DNA of 64,000 bases, from assembly GCA_042408215.1 (NCBI GenBank), contig JAYFMW010000005.1:384001-448000 (forward strand), written 5' to 3'. Shown here piece by piece: positions 21,260 through 32,558 of the stretch. The notes below the pieces were generated by a model, which worked only from the letters and a program-made list of their open reading frames with translations, ran no database searches and was not told where the DNA came from. Made by a program: the position numbers and the translations under genes. The stretch's first letter is position 1, and every line of letters starts with the position of its first letter. The DNA is from Microcoleus sp. (GTDB taxonomy: Bacteria; Cyanobacteriota; Cyanobacteriia; Cyanobacteriales; Microcoleaceae).

Positions 21260-24010
21260 TTAGGGAGCTTGTACAAAAATAGCTTTCAACATTCCTGTTT
21301 CTCGATCGGGCTGGAATTGAAATCCTAACTTCCGACAAATGCTCTGCATCATGTAATTGCTGGTCAGAATATAACCCACGATCGCATCCAGTTGTTCTTC
21401 CTTCCCAATTTCTAGGATTTGCCTTAATAGTTCTGTTCCCAAGCCTTGATTTTGATAGTTATCGCTCACGATTAGAGCAAATTCGGCTTCGTTAGTCCCG
21501 TGTAACTTACTCAGCCGCGCGACTGCCAAAATCTCATGTTCAGACGTTTGCGGATCTTTGTAATCGGCGACTAGGAGCATTTCGCGATCGTAATCAATAA
21601 AACAAATTCGGGTCAACCGTTCATGAGCAATGCGCTGCGTCAGCTTCACGGTATGAGCATAACGCAAATAGACGCTCTCTTCCGAGAGATTTTGATGGAA
21701 CAGCACCATGAGCGGCTCGTCTTCGGGGCGAATTGGTCGAATATTGATGCGATCGCCCTTGCGTGACTCCCATTCCTGCACATATTTAGTTGGATAGGGA
21801 AGAACCGCAGGTACTGGTCGATCGGCAAAATCTGCGGTTGTATGGAGCAGCACACGAGCATCCAGAGCGATCATCCCTTCCGGGGAAACCAGCAGAGGAT
21901 TGATATCTATTTCCCGAATCTGCGGCTGTTCGACAATCAATTGACTAAAGCTAACCAATAATTGTTCGAGTTTTGCCAGATCGATCGCCTCTCTGCCGCG
22001 AACACCTTGCAAGGCTTTATAAATGCGGGTTTGTTCCATCATCCGCCGCGCCAGGGTTGTATTTAAGGGAGGTAACGCCAGCGCCCGGTCTTGAAAGATT
22101 TCCACCAATTGACCACCCATACCAAACAGCATCACCGCGCCAAACTGGGGATCAAGACTGCTACCCAAAATTAGCTCATAACCTTCCATTTTGACCATTG
22201 GTTGCACAGTTACGCCTAAAAATGCCTGGGGATCAATGGAACGTACTTTTGAGGCGATCGCCTCAAACGCTCGACTGACAGCCGCCGCATCACCCAGATT
22301 TAGACGTACACCACCAACATCACTTTTGTGTGTAATCGTTTCTGAATGCAGTTTCAGAACTACGGGATAACCGAAGCGATCGGCAATTTCCACAGCTTCA
22401 ATATCACTCGTAGCAATTTCTGTGGCAATTGTGGGAATACCATAGGCGGCAAGTAATTGCTTTGATTCGTATTCAGTTAACAGACTACGATCGCTATTGC
22501 GTACCCTGGTTAAAATCTGTTCTGCCAAAATGCGATCGGGCGCATGAATATCGGAGTCAGTAGGTAGAGAAGGAGTTTCATAAATGCCCCGCAAATTGTA
22601 GGTATACCGCCACATATAGTTAAACAATCTGACAGCGGTATCGGGATAGGGGAAAGTAGGAATATTTGCCTGATTGAGAATTTGCGTTCCTGCTGCAATT
22701 TCTGCACCGCCCATCCAACTGGATAAAATCGGCTTCCCTAATTTGCTATAAGCCTTGAGTTTTTCCGCTGTTTGGGTGGGATTGGTCATCGCTTGGGGAG
22801 TCAAAATCACTAACAAACCATCGCTATTAGGATCGTTAGCAACTACTTCTAAAGTTTGGGCATAGCGATCGCTACTAGCATCACCCAAAATATCGATCGG
22901 ATTATGATGACTCCATTGAGCGGGTAAAAATTGATTGAGTTTCTGTACTGTCTCTGGTGCTAATTCCGACAATGCACCGCCACCACTGATTAGAGCATCA
23001 GTAGCGATCGCCCCTGGGCCCCCAGCATTAGTCACAATCGAGAGCCGATTTCCTTTAGGGCGCGGTTGTTTAGCCAAAATTTCCGCCATATCAAACAGAT
23101 CGGAAATCGTATGGACACGCAACACTCCACAGCGACGGAAAGCAGCATTTAGCACTTCATCACTGCCAGTTAAAGCTCCTGTGTGGGAGGCGGCAGCTTT
23201 AGCGGCGGCTTCTGTATGTCCAACTTTCAGCACAATAATCGGCTTATCCATTGCGACTTCGCGGGCAGCAGATAGAAATGCGTGAGCATCCCCGATGGAT
23301 TCCATATACAAAACGATGCTATGAGTATAGGGATCATCACCGAGGTATTCAATCAAATCTCCCCAACCAACATCAAGCATGGAGCCGATCGACACAAAGG
23401 CACTAAATCCCACATTTTCGCCCAAGCTCCAGTCTAAAATCGAAGTACAGAGCGCCCCACTTTGACTAATGAAGGCGACGTTACCAGAACGGGCGATCGT
23501 CCCTGCAAAAGTGGCATTTAGCCCTACGAGAGGATTCATTAAGCCGAGACAATTGGGCCCAATAATTCGCATCCCTCCCAGCCGCGCTTCTGCGAGAACT
23601 TGTTGTTCTAAAGCTGCACCGGCCTCACCAATCTCTTTGAAACCCGCAGAAACAATAATTGCCCCTTTTACCCCAGCCGCCACACATTCTCGAATTACTT
23701 GGGGAACTGTCGCCGCAGGGGTAGCAATCACCGCCAGATCCACAACTTCAGGCACACTAGCAATATCACGATAGGACTTGATTCCCAATACACTATGACG
23801 CTGGGGATTGACCGGAAAAACCGTGCCGCCAAAGGGACTGCGAATCAAGTTCCACAGCATAGTCCGTCCCACACTGCCCTCTCTTTCACTGGCACCAATC
23901 ACAGCAACGGAGCGGGGACGAAAAATACAATCAAGGGGATGGCGCTGCGCTTTCCAAATGTCATGGGCGGGATCGCATAGAGATTTTTGATTTATTGAGA
24001 TTTTATCCAT
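21260..24010 (-). CDS. Bifunctional acetate--CoA ligase (ADP-forming)-like / GNAT acetyltransferase
   Basis: [40 protein letters not shown]-terminal GNAT ([14 protein letters not shown]). Confidence 0.92.
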   Translation of the reverse strand: MDKISINQKSLCDPAHDIWKAQRHPLDCIFRPRSVAVIGASEREGSVGRTMLWNLIRSPFGGTVFPVNPQRHSVLGIKSYRDIASVPEVVDLAVIATPAATVPQVIRECVAAGVKGAIIVSAGFKEIGEAGAALEQQVLAEARLGGMRIIGPNCLGLMNPLVGLNATFAGTIARSGNVAFISQSGALCTSILDWSLGENVGFSAFVSIGSMLDVGWGDLIEYLGDDPYTHSIVLYMESIGDAHAFLSAAREVAMDKPIIVLKVGHTEAAAKAAASHTGALTGSDEVLNAAFRRCGVLRVHTISDLFDMAEILAKQPRPKGNRLSIVTNAGGPGAIATDALISGGGALSELAPETVQKLNQFLPAQWSHHNPIDILGDASSDRYAQTLEVVANDPNSDGLLVILTPQAMTNPTQTAEKLKAYSKLGKPILSSWMGGAEIAAGTQILNQANIPTFPYPDTAVRLFNYMWRYTYNLRGIYETPSLPTDSDIHAPDRILAEQILTRVRNSDRSLLTEYESKQLLAAYGIPTIATEIATSDIEAVEIADRFGYPVVLKLHSETITHKSDVGGVRLNLGDAAAVSRAFEAIASKVRSIDPQAFLGVTVQPMVKMEGYELILGSSLDPQFGAVMLFGMGGQLVEIFQDRALALPPLNTTLARRMMEQTRIYKALQGVRGREAIDLAKLEQLLVSFSQLIVEQPQIREIDINPLLVSPEGMIALDARVLLHTTADFADRPVPAVLPYPTKYVQEWESRKGDRINIRPIRPEDEPLMVLFHQNLSEESVYLRYAHTVKLTQRIAHERLTRICFIDYDREMLLVADYKDPQTSEHEILAVARLSKLHGTNEAEFALIVSDNYQNQGLGTELLRQILEIGKEEQLDAIVGYILTSNYMMQSICRKLGFQFQPDRETGMLKAIFVQAP

Positions 24011-24406
24011 GTCATCCTCCTGTTATTAGCTATCAATCAACGCTATTTTGTCTAACTAGAATTTCTCTATCATGAACCAGGTTAACCTACTCCCCAAAAA
24101 ATTGCAACCCGATCTAGAATGGCATGGAGTATCTGCAAATTTCTGAGTTCTGTTGCTAATTCATGAATTACGCACCAACTCTATCTGTAGGGTGGCCACC
24201 CACAAATAGTGTAAAAATTGCACCGCGTAAGTCCTATAATTATTGCTTTTCCGATCGTCTCAATGCAGACTGAGAAGTATTTTTTTTCTATAAATTAATT
24301 CATTTAATGCAATCTTTAACAAAACTTACTGGTTATTTTGAATTTGAGCAGTTTGTTGATGTAGTAGAGCCTCTCTGATTAGCTACAGATTAAGAGATAA
24401 TTAAGG

Positions 24407-24868
24407 TTATGTAAAGGCTTCGCTCTGGACGGTTCCCATGAGGTCTTCTGCGAGTTGTTTGCGGTGTTTGATTTGTGGTTCGAGTTGGTCGATTGTTTCC
24501 ATCAGGCGATCGCATTTTTCAACGATCGCTTTTTGTGCGGCGGGAGGGAGGGGAAAAAGTAAAGATGTGATTATTTTGACATAAATGTTTTTTTTTGCTG
24601 TTGCAGGAGCAAATCTTATAATTTCATCTTGAACACAAGAAAGATAGCATTTAATCATCCAAGATGTTGAAATATGGGTGAAATCGCAAGATTCGGCTTT
24701 TTTCCCCAGCCCGCGTCGCCTTTGATTCCCCTTGACATAAATCCGACCATCGGTAAAATATACCTGTTCTCGGACTTGCTTGCTGACATCCCACCCCGAT
24801 GGAACCAAAGCAGGTAAAATATACTGTGTACAAATATCCTGTTCTGAAATTTCTCCTTGATTGGTCAT
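24407..24868 (-). pseudogene. Type I restriction-modification remnant: HsdR N-terminus fused to HsdS C-terminus
   Basis: SEQDICTQYILPAL-x3-GWD-x3-QVREQ-x-YFTDGRI (EcoEI-type HsdR start) joined near 24695 to FPLPP-x2-QKAIVEK-x-DRLM-x2-IDQLE...EAF (HsdS end). Confidence 0.7.
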
Positions 24869-25039
24869 CTGTAACTTCACTTACCTTGCTGAGGGTACTG
24901 TGAGTAATTATACAGCACTTACATCGCTAATAATCCAGGACGTAATTGGGTGTTAGCTTCCCTCGCCGGATCGCTGACATTAGATCAATTAGTTTGATTC
25001 TTTTTCCAACAAAAATCCTTTTAAATCTCCTCGCAGATC

Positions 25040-27857
25040 GTGAATAGCAATTCTCCCAAGGAGAGGCTACGCCAACGCCCCCCTAAATCCCCAAAAACTC
25101 GACATATCCCCCTGAGATTACTACTAATTGTCCCCTTTGTATTGCAAATTGTCGGAGCAGTGGGATTGGTAGGTTATCTGTCCTATCGCAGTGGACAAAA
25201 AGCGGTAGAGGAGATGGCCGATCAGTTAATGGATCAGGCAAAAAATCGAGTACAGGATCACCTCGACACATCTCTACAAACTCCACAGCAAACAATAGCT
25301 ATTAATTATCGTGCTGTTCAACAGGGTCGCCTTAACATCAAGGACTTTGAGCAAATGCGTCAGCACTTGTGGCAGCAGATTAACTTAACTCCAACATTGG
25401 CTATAACCTCCTATGTTAATGAACAGGGAAAACAAATGGGTTATGGACGGATCATCAACCAAGAGTTTGTTGAATTAGCCCACGAACTAACGGCGGAAAA
25501 AAATATCCAGATTGGCACACTTTTCTTATATAAAGTCAGTTCTACACAACAAAAAATACAGAATCACTATTTGGTAAATAAAGACGGTAAGCCTCGCAAA
25601 CATACTTATGCAGTGCCAGTGGATCATACGGTAGCACCCTGGTATCTACACGCCAAAGCAGTTAAAAAACAAACTTGGTCAGAGATTGATGTTTCCAAAA
25701 TTGCCCCATCATTGACCATAAATGCAGCATTTCCTATTTTCGATGCTGCTGGAAAATTTCAAGGTGTCTTTAACTCTAGTTTAATGTTGTCGGATATGAG
25801 CACTTTTTTAAATCAACTGAATTTATCACAATTAGGACAAGATTTTATTATAGACCGTTCCGGCGATCTAGTTGCTACATCCACCCTAGAGCTTCCCTAT
25901 CTGAATCATGGGAAGAAACCGCCAACTCGTTTACCTGCTACTGAAAGTCGGGATAGATGGACAAAGGCGATCGCTACTCAACTCAAACAGCAATACAAAG
26001 ATTTAAGCAAAATTCAAACTCATCACTACTTTAAAGTGGCCGTTAAGGGAAACACACTATTTGCTCAGGTTGTACCTTACCGAGATAAATATGGTCTGGA
26101 CTGGTTGATGGTGACGGCGATCCCAGAGTCTGAATTTATGGGACAAATTAATAACAATAGCAAAATCACAATTTTACTTTGTCTATTGACTTTAGGAATC
26201 GCCACAGGATTAGGAATTATTACCTCAAATTTGATTACTGCACCGATTAGGCGGTTGAGTCAAGCCAGTGGCGCGTTCGCCAGTGGTGAACTGAGTCAGA
26301 AAGTAGAGATAAAAGGAGTTTCTGAACTAGAAACTTTGGCAGATTCTTTTAATCAGATGGCGGAACAGTTACAAACATCCTTAGAAACGTTGGAACAGCG
26401 AGTACAGGAGAGGACGGCAGAATTGGCAATTGCTAAAGAAAAAGCGGAAGTTGCGAATCAAGCCAAAAGTACATTTATTGCCAACATGAGCCATGAATTG
26501 CGATCGCCTCTCAATGCTGTTCTGGGCTTTTCGCAATTAATGTTGCGCTCTAACAACCTCCCGGCTGACCATTATGAAAATGCAGGGCATCATCTATCGT
26601 AGTGGTGATTACCTATTAACGCTAATTAATAATATTCTTGATTTATCCAAAATCGAAGCAGGTAAAACTACCCTCAATCCCCGCGATTTTGACCTGTATC
26701 GCTTGCTGGATGATTTAGAAGATATGCTGCATCTGCGGGCTACAAATGCTGGCTTAAACTTGCTCTTTCAGCGGACTGAAAATGTCCCCCGCTATATCTG
26801 TACTGATGAAGTCAAATTGCGTCAGGTTATAATCAATTTGCTCAGTAATGCCATCAAATTTACCTCAGAGGGTCAAATTACTCTCTATGTCTTTCAGGGA
26901 GAGCAAGAAACAACCGATGTTTTTCATCTTCATTTTCGTGTGCGCGATCCTGGGGTAGGGATTGCAGCAGCAGAATTGCCCAAGATTTTTGAGGCATTTT
27001 CCCAAGCGCAAGCCGGAAAAGATATGCAAGAAGGAACGGGATTAGGTTTGGCAATAAGTCGCAAATTTGTGCAACTGATGGGAGGGGATATTTCCGTAGA
27101 AAGCGACTTAGGAAAAGGCACAACTTGCCAATTCTATATTCAGGCGAAATTGGGTCAACCAACAGTCAGCAAGAGTACAGAAGAATATCCAAGAGTGCTG
27201 GGGCTTGCTCCCGGCCAACCTACCTACAAAATTCTCACAGTAGATGATAAACCAATTAATCGCCAATTATTAATTAAGCTGCTGAGTCCTTTGGGATTTG
27301 AGGTGAAAGAAGCTAGTAATGGACAAGAAGCCATAACTATTTGGGATGAATGGGAACCTCATTTAATTTGGATGGACATGAGAATGCCTGTGATGGACGG
27401 CTACGAAGCTACAAAATATATCAAATCCACCACAAAAGGCAATGCTACGGCGGTGATTGCTCTCACAGCCAGTGTTTTAGAGGAAGAAAAAGCCATAGTT
27501 CTCTCGGCTGGATGTGATGACTTTCTCTGCAAACCCTTTACTGAACACACCATTTTTGACACACTGGCTAAACATCTTGGTGTAAAATATATATTTGCAG
27601 AAACAATTTTGCCCACAATAAATGAGCCAGCAGAAAGCATCTTGACATCGCAAGAGCTAACCTGTATGTCTGGAGCATGGATTACTCAACTATATGAAGC
27701 TGCTCTTGAAGCTAATACTAGCCTTGTCTTACAACTGGTAGGGGAAATTCCAGAAACAGAAACTCGTTTGATACAATCTCTAACAAAACTTGTTCGCCAA
27801 TTTCAATTTGAACAGTTGGTTGATTTAGCCGAACCCCTGATAACTAATGAATCATGA
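25040..27857 (+). pseudogene. Cache-HAMP hybrid sensor histidine kinase/response regulator with +1 frameshift (or sequencing error)
   Basis: ORFs 25040-26602 and 26574-27857 join as ...SHELRSPL...YENAG|IIYRSG...LDLSKIEAG if one G of GGG at 26585-26587 is removed. Confidence 0.85.
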
Positions 27858-29217
27858 TTCTGAAACAGAAAACAAAGGTAATATTCTCCTGGTAGATGAC
27901 ATTCCAGAGAATCTGCAACTATTAAGCGATTTGCTCCTCAAACTCGGCTACACTGTTCGCAGCGTCACCAGTGGGCGAATGGCACTGAAAACGGTGAATG
28001 TGAAGCGACCAGATGTCATATTGTTAGATATCAAAATGCCAGAAATGGATGGCTATCAAGTCTGTCGAATTCTCAAAGCGGATGAGGAATTATGCAGCAT
28101 TCCTGTTATTTTTATTAGTGCTTTAGATGATGTTTTCGACAAGGTAACTGCCTTTAAGTCAGGTGGAATTGACTACATTACCAAACCCTTTCATATCGAA
28201 GAAGTAGTAGCGCGGCTAGAAAATCAGTTAACCATTCAACGCCAACAAAGACTTTTGGAAAAAGAAGTTATTCAGCGCCGGGAAGCAGAAGAGGTACTTT
28301 ATCAATCTAGAGCATTGCTGGCCAGCATTTTGAATAGTTCCCTCGATGGGGTTGCGGCAATGCAAGCTGTGCGCGATCCCACCACGGGAGATATTGAAGA
28401 TTTTCGTTGTTTAGTTGTCAATCCTGTAATTGCCAGAGCCTTTGGAAATAGGCGTGAAGATACGATCGGGAAATTGGTGCTCAAAAAATTGCTGAGTCGT
28501 CTTGATCCAGAACTATTTGCTCGCTTCGTTAAGATTGTCGAGATGGGGGAACCTTTAGAAAGGGATTTTTACTATCCATCTGGAGAGTCTTGTTGGTATC
28601 ACTTTGTAGCAGTAAAGTTAGGTGATGGTTTTGCCATTACCGTGCGTGATATCACCGCACGGAAACAAATGGAATTGGCTCTGCAAGATGCAAATCAGAA
28701 ACTCGAAAAACTAGCGAATCTGGATGGTTTGACTCAATTGGCTAACCGTCGCTGCTTCGATAATCGCCTAGAAACAGAATGGCTGCGCCAATCGCGAGAA
28801 CAACAGCCACTTTCACTTATCCTATTCGATGTTGATAAATTCAAATGCTACAACGACTACTATGGTCATCTGGCTGGTGATGATTGTCTAGTCAGGTTAG
28901 CACAAGCAGTACAGCAGAAAGTTCGTCGTCCCGCTGATTTAGTGGCGCGTTACGGTGGCGAAGAATTTGTGATACTTCTCCCCAATACGGATGTAGAGGG
29001 AGGGATTAAGGTGGCACAAAGCATTCAGCAAGCTATTCACAATTTGGCGATTCCCCATGAACATTCTAATGTAAAGGATATCGTCACAGTTAGTCTGGGA
29101 ATCGCCTCCCTTATCCCAAGGTTAGAAGTTGAGCCTGATACGCTGGTTGCTCATGCAGACAAAGCGCTATATCAAGCAAAAGAACAGGGGCGCGATCGCT
29201 ATTATACGAATAGTTGA
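27847..29217 (+). CDS. Response-regulator diguanylate cyclase (REC-PAS-like-GGDEF)
   Basis: LVDD, LLDIKMP, DGLT-x-LANRR, RPADLVARYGGEEF with RxxD I-site. Confidence 0.93.
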   Translation: MNHDSETENKGNILLVDDIPENLQLLSDLLLKLGYTVRSVTSGRMALKTVNVKRPDVILLDIKMPEMDGYQVCRILKADEELCSIPVIFISALDDVFDKVTAFKSGGIDYITKPFHIEEVVARLENQLTIQRQQRLLEKEVIQRREAEEVLYQSRALLASILNSSLDGVAAMQAVRDPTTGDIEDFRCLVVNPVIARAFGNRREDTIGKLVLKKLLSRLDPELFARFVKIVEMGEPLERDFYYPSGESCWYHFVAVKLGDGFAITVRDITARKQMELALQDANQKLEKLANLDGLTQLANRRCFDNRLETEWLRQSREQQPLSLILFDVDKFKCYNDYYGHLAGDDCLVRLAQAVQQKVRRPADLVARYGGEEFVILLPNTDVEGGIKVAQSIQQAIHNLAIPHEHSNVKDIVTVSLGIASLIPRLEVEPDTLVAHADKALYQAKEQGRDRYYTNS

Positions 29218-29369
29218 TAACTACAGATAACGGGTAGGGACACGGCAATGCCGTGTCCCTACTGTACTTCATAAACCTGGAATACGCTGTAAACTTGTTT
29301 GGCATTCTTCAATTAACCGTACTGGCGATCGCTACGCATCTAATTACTGTTTCAGTAGACAACGGTGGA

Positions 29370-30644
29370 CTAAGCGAAATAACTGTATCCATCGACGCGG
29401 TGGACCCCTCGGCAATATTTAGCTCTAACTGGGCTAACTTTGCCGAGTGGTGTCACCATTTCAAATACCCCCGTAGCCCGAACGGTTAATCGCCCAACAT
29501 GAGTTCCAGCAAATTTACCGACGGGAAGAATAGCACGAACTATATCGCCAGTCTGAAAGCCAAAAAATGCTTTTTGTCTGGTGCGGTGTCGGATGGGAAA
29601 ACCGTGCTTATTGGTAATGCAGAGTTGGTGATTTCCCCATCCCTTCGCTGTCATTAGTAGGGGTTTAGCACACACTATTTTTAACTTTTCTACAATACCA
29701 ACACAAGCGGCATCTAACCAATGTGATTTAGGGATACCCAGTTTGGTGCGATTGAACTTAGTTCTTCCACCAGTCCCCACTTCCACTGACAACCCTGTCG
29801 CCAGAAGCTTTCGATACAATTCCCATCGCGTAGAGTTAACAGCAGCGGCATCTTTCCGCAGTCCCTTGGATTGCGCCAGAATCTTTTTAAGTTTTTCTGG
29901 TTGGTTTTTCAAGAAGTCTTTAATGTCCGCAGCCCCTTTTTTTTGGTTGCAATCACGGCAAGCAATACAAAGGTTTGATATGCGATTAGTGCCTCCTTTT
30001 GATTTAGGGGTAATATGCTCGACCTCAAGCGGCACATCTTTCTTGTTGCAGTAGGCACAAGTTCTTTCCCATTTCTCCAGTAAATACTCTCGCACTTCAT
30101 AACCAAACAACTCGCCTTGCTGATATTCAATGCCGGAGATTTCTGGGCGATCTATTTGCTGTAAATCAAACCGGACTAATTCCTGAGAAATACCTGTGAT
30201 TGGGGCAAATTTTCTGAGCCTATTCACCCAAGTTAATGTAGTTTTCACTCGGTGTTCAAGACTAGGAGCTAACCACCCTTTTTTGCGGGTTCTATTGAGA
30301 AATCGTGGTTGACGATAACGAGTTTTACGGTGCCGCCGATTACGACGAATAGCTCGGCGCGATTCCAGCGAATTTTTGATAGCTTGCCCGCGATGGGTTA
30401 ATTCAGCCCCCCAAATAACTGCCTCATTTGATACCAATGCTAGGCCAGTAGTTTGAGAGCCTGGATCTATTTTTAACTGGAGCGGGTGGGTTGCTTCTAT
30501 TGATGTAGTTTTGAGGATAATCGCAAAAGGAAAACGACGATAGACGGCAGCTTTTCCTTGCGTAAGAAGTAAACGTGCCAAACAAGGATGAATGGGATTA
30601 AGGGGACGTTTGTTGGTATCAATGACAAACACAAAGTTAGACAT
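29370..30644 (-). CDS. iscB: RNA-guided endonuclease IscB (PLMP, RuvC, RRXRR bridge helix, HNH)
   Basis: PLNPIHP, IDPGS, RR-x-RR...RYRQPRF-x-NR, QELVRFD, CAYC...EVEH...CRDCN, HWLDAAC; catalytic residues intact. Confidence 0.95.
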   Translation of the reverse strand: MSNFVFVIDTNKRPLNPIHPCLARLLLTQGKAAVYRRFPFAIILKTTSIEATHPLQLKIDPGSQTTGLALVSNEAVIWGAELTHRGQAIKNSLESRRAIRRNRRHRKTRYRQPRFLNRTRKKGWLAPSLEHRVKTTLTWVNRLRKFAPITGISQELVRFDLQQIDRPEISGIEYQQGELFGYEVREYLLEKWERTCAYCNKKDVPLEVEHITPKSKGGTNRISNLCIACRDCNQKKGAADIKDFLKNQPEKLKKILAQSKGLRKDAAAVNSTRWELYRKLLATGLSVEVGTGGRTKFNRTKLGIPKSHWLDAACVGIVEKLKIVCAKPLLMTAKGWGNHQLCITNKHGFPIRHRTRQKAFFGFQTGDIVRAILPVGKFAGTHVGRLTVRATGVFEMVTPLGKVSPVRAKYCRGVHRVDGYSYFA

Positions 30645-30649
30645 GATTG

Positions 30650-30882
30650 ATTTGAAACTCTGATTTCTCAGGTAATTTTTTCCTCGTCAAGGTTACTCAG
30701 GCTTGTGATGCTCAACTCACTTTCTTAGCTAAATATGAATGTTTAAAGTTGAGCGACAGAGCAAAAAGCTGGAAAGCACTCCTTGGTGTCGTGACCGAAG
30801 TAACGTAGCCATCAAAGGCTGAGACTGGCTATTTCTCCACTGACTGTACTGGTTGTCAGGCTTTGTCAGTGTTTAGTGGATA
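30650..30882 (-). ncRNA. omegaRNA (HEARO-like) of IscB element 1
   Basis: ctacgtt...gtcacgacacc...gtgc-x2-ccagct...ctctgtcg...ttaaaca...acaagcc...aac motifs shared with the other omegaRNAs in the window; lies directly upstream of iscB. Confidence 0.85.
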
Positions 30883-31973
30883 GCGATTCCATGCTGATAA
30901 TAGGCTGCACAAGCACCTTCAGAAGAAACCATTGGTGCTCCGAGTGGCCGTTCGGGTGTACAGGCTTTGCCAAAGCTCGGACATTCATGGGGTTTGCGCG
31001 TTCCTTGCAATATTAAACCGCTAATACAGAGTGGTGATTCGCGCACTTCGCTAGACTGGAAAGCAGCACAATCGAATCTATTTTGAGCATCAAATTTTGC
31101 ATACTTTTCTTTAAGTTTTAGTCCACTCTGAGGAATTTCTTCTAGACCTCGCCATTGCCTAGATGTAGCTTCAAAAACTTCATTAATCATGGCGATCGCC
31201 TGTTGGTTTCCTGCTCTTTTTACAGAACGTGCATATTGATTTTCTACTTCGGCTTTACCTGTTTCTAACTGTTTCACACAGAGATAAATCCCTTGGAGAA
31301 TATCGATCGGCTCAAAACCTGTGACGATGATCGGAACTTGAAATCGATCGGCGATCGCTTCATATTCGGTATATCCCATCACTGTGCAAACATGACCGGC
31401 TGCCAAAAATCCTTGCATGGTGCGATCGGGTGAGCTTAAAATTGCGGTCATGGCTGGTGGTACAAGCACATGAGCGCAGAGAATGGAAAAGTTGTCTAAG
31501 CCTAAATGGGCGGCTTGGGCGATCGCTAAAGCAGTCGTTGGGGCTGTGGTTTCAAAGCCTACGGCAAAAAATACGACTTGCGTCTGGGGATGTTGTCCGG
31601 CCAATTTAACCGCATCGAGAGGAGAATAGACCATGCGTACATCTGCACCAGAAGCCTTGGCGCGCAATAAGTCGGTGGTGCTACCGGGGACGCGCAACAT
31701 ATCGCCAAAAGAGCATAATATTACGTCTGGATGGGCAGCGATCGCGATCGCCCGATCGATTAGTTGAATCGGCGTGACGCAGACTGGACAACCAGGCCCG
31801 TGAATCAGGGTGATCTCTTTAGGAATAAGGCGATCGATGCCGTATTTGACGATCGTGTGAGTTTGTCCGCCGCAAATTTCCATCAATGTCCAAGGGCGGG
31901 TTGTAATTGCGGCGATCGCCTGTGCGTATTCCTGGGCGAGTTTAGCATCGCGGTATTCATCAATATATTTCAT
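30873..31973 (-). CDS. hypD: Hydrogenase maturation protein HypD
   Basis: [36 protein letters not shown]; last codons supplied by the IscB element. Confidence 0.96.
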   Translation of the reverse strand: MKYIDEYRDAKLAQEYAQAIAAITTRPWTLMEICGGQTHTIVKYGIDRLIPKEITLIHGPGCPVCVTPIQLIDRAIAIAAHPDVILCSFGDMLRVPGSTTDLLRAKASGADVRMVYSPLDAVKLAGQHPQTQVVFFAVGFETTAPTTALAIAQAAHLGLDNFSILCAHVLVPPAMTAILSSPDRTMQGFLAAGHVCTVMGYTEYEAIADRFQVPIIVTGFEPIDILQGIYLCVKQLETGKAEVENQYARSVKRAGNQQAIAMINEVFEATSRQWRGLEEIPQSGLKLKEKYAKFDAQNRFDCAAFQSSEVRESPLCISGLILQGTRKPHECPSFGKACTPERPLGAPMVSSEGACAAYYQHGIAIH

Positions 31974-32188
31974 ATTTCTTGCAAATCCCGTAAAGTTTGT
32001 TCTGCTTCTTCTGGATCTACGGTGGCGATCGCCACCCCTGCATGAATAATTGCATAATCACCGATCTGCGCTTCTGGCAAATAGGCAAGATTGACCTCTT
32101 TCACAACACCACTAAAACTAATTTTACCCGATCGCATCAAGTCTTCGCCTTGAATAGAAAGGATTTTTCCAGGTACTGCCAAACACAT
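31970..32188 (-). CDS. hypC: Hydrogenase assembly chaperone HypC
   Basis: MCLAVPG, GDY-x-IIHAG-x-AI. Confidence 0.96.
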   Translation of the reverse strand: MCLAVPGKILSIQGEDLMRSGKISFSGVVKEVNLAYLPEAQIGDYAIIHAGVAIATVDPEEAEQTLRDLQEI

Positions 32189-32313
32189 AATTTTTATCTC
32201 CTGAATCTACTGTTTGAGGGGATTATATAGCATTTCTCAGTTGAGTGAAGTGCAGATTTCCGGTAGGGACACGGCAGTGCCGTGTCCTACAGCTCAGACA
32301 CTTTTCGGGTGCC

Positions 32314-32533
32314 CATTAGTGTCAACTTAAGCCTGAAACCCTTGGTATATCTCGCTTTTACCTAAGTCTAGATCCCCCTAAATCCCCCTTAAGAAGGGGA
32401 GTAGGGGGTGACTTTGAGAAGACTCCTGTCCCCCCCTTCTTAAGGGGGAGTAGGGGGCAAGCTAAGGGGGGATCTGGCCTTAATAGTCAAACAGCATTCT
32501 CTGACTGGGTTAGAAGTTAAGTTGACACCAATG
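32314..32533. mobile_element. MITE with cattrgtgtcaacttaa TIRs enclosing a gatccccctaaatccccctt...ggggggatc repeat
   Basis: TIRs cattagtgtcaacttaa / ttaagttgacaccaatg; sister copy at 46123-46321. Confidence 0.75.
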
Positions 32534-32558
32534 GGCTCCTGGAGTGTCCCTACAGTCC

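Larger units (their letters stand above)
29333..30882 (-). mobile_element. IscB element 1 with IS607-like ends, inserted at a HIP1 site in the hypD 3' end
   Basis: GC dinucleotide at both junctions (29331-29332, 30883-30884); removal restores GCGATCGC in frame in hypD; ends align with those of 57873-59455 and 38238-40071. Confidence 0.8.
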
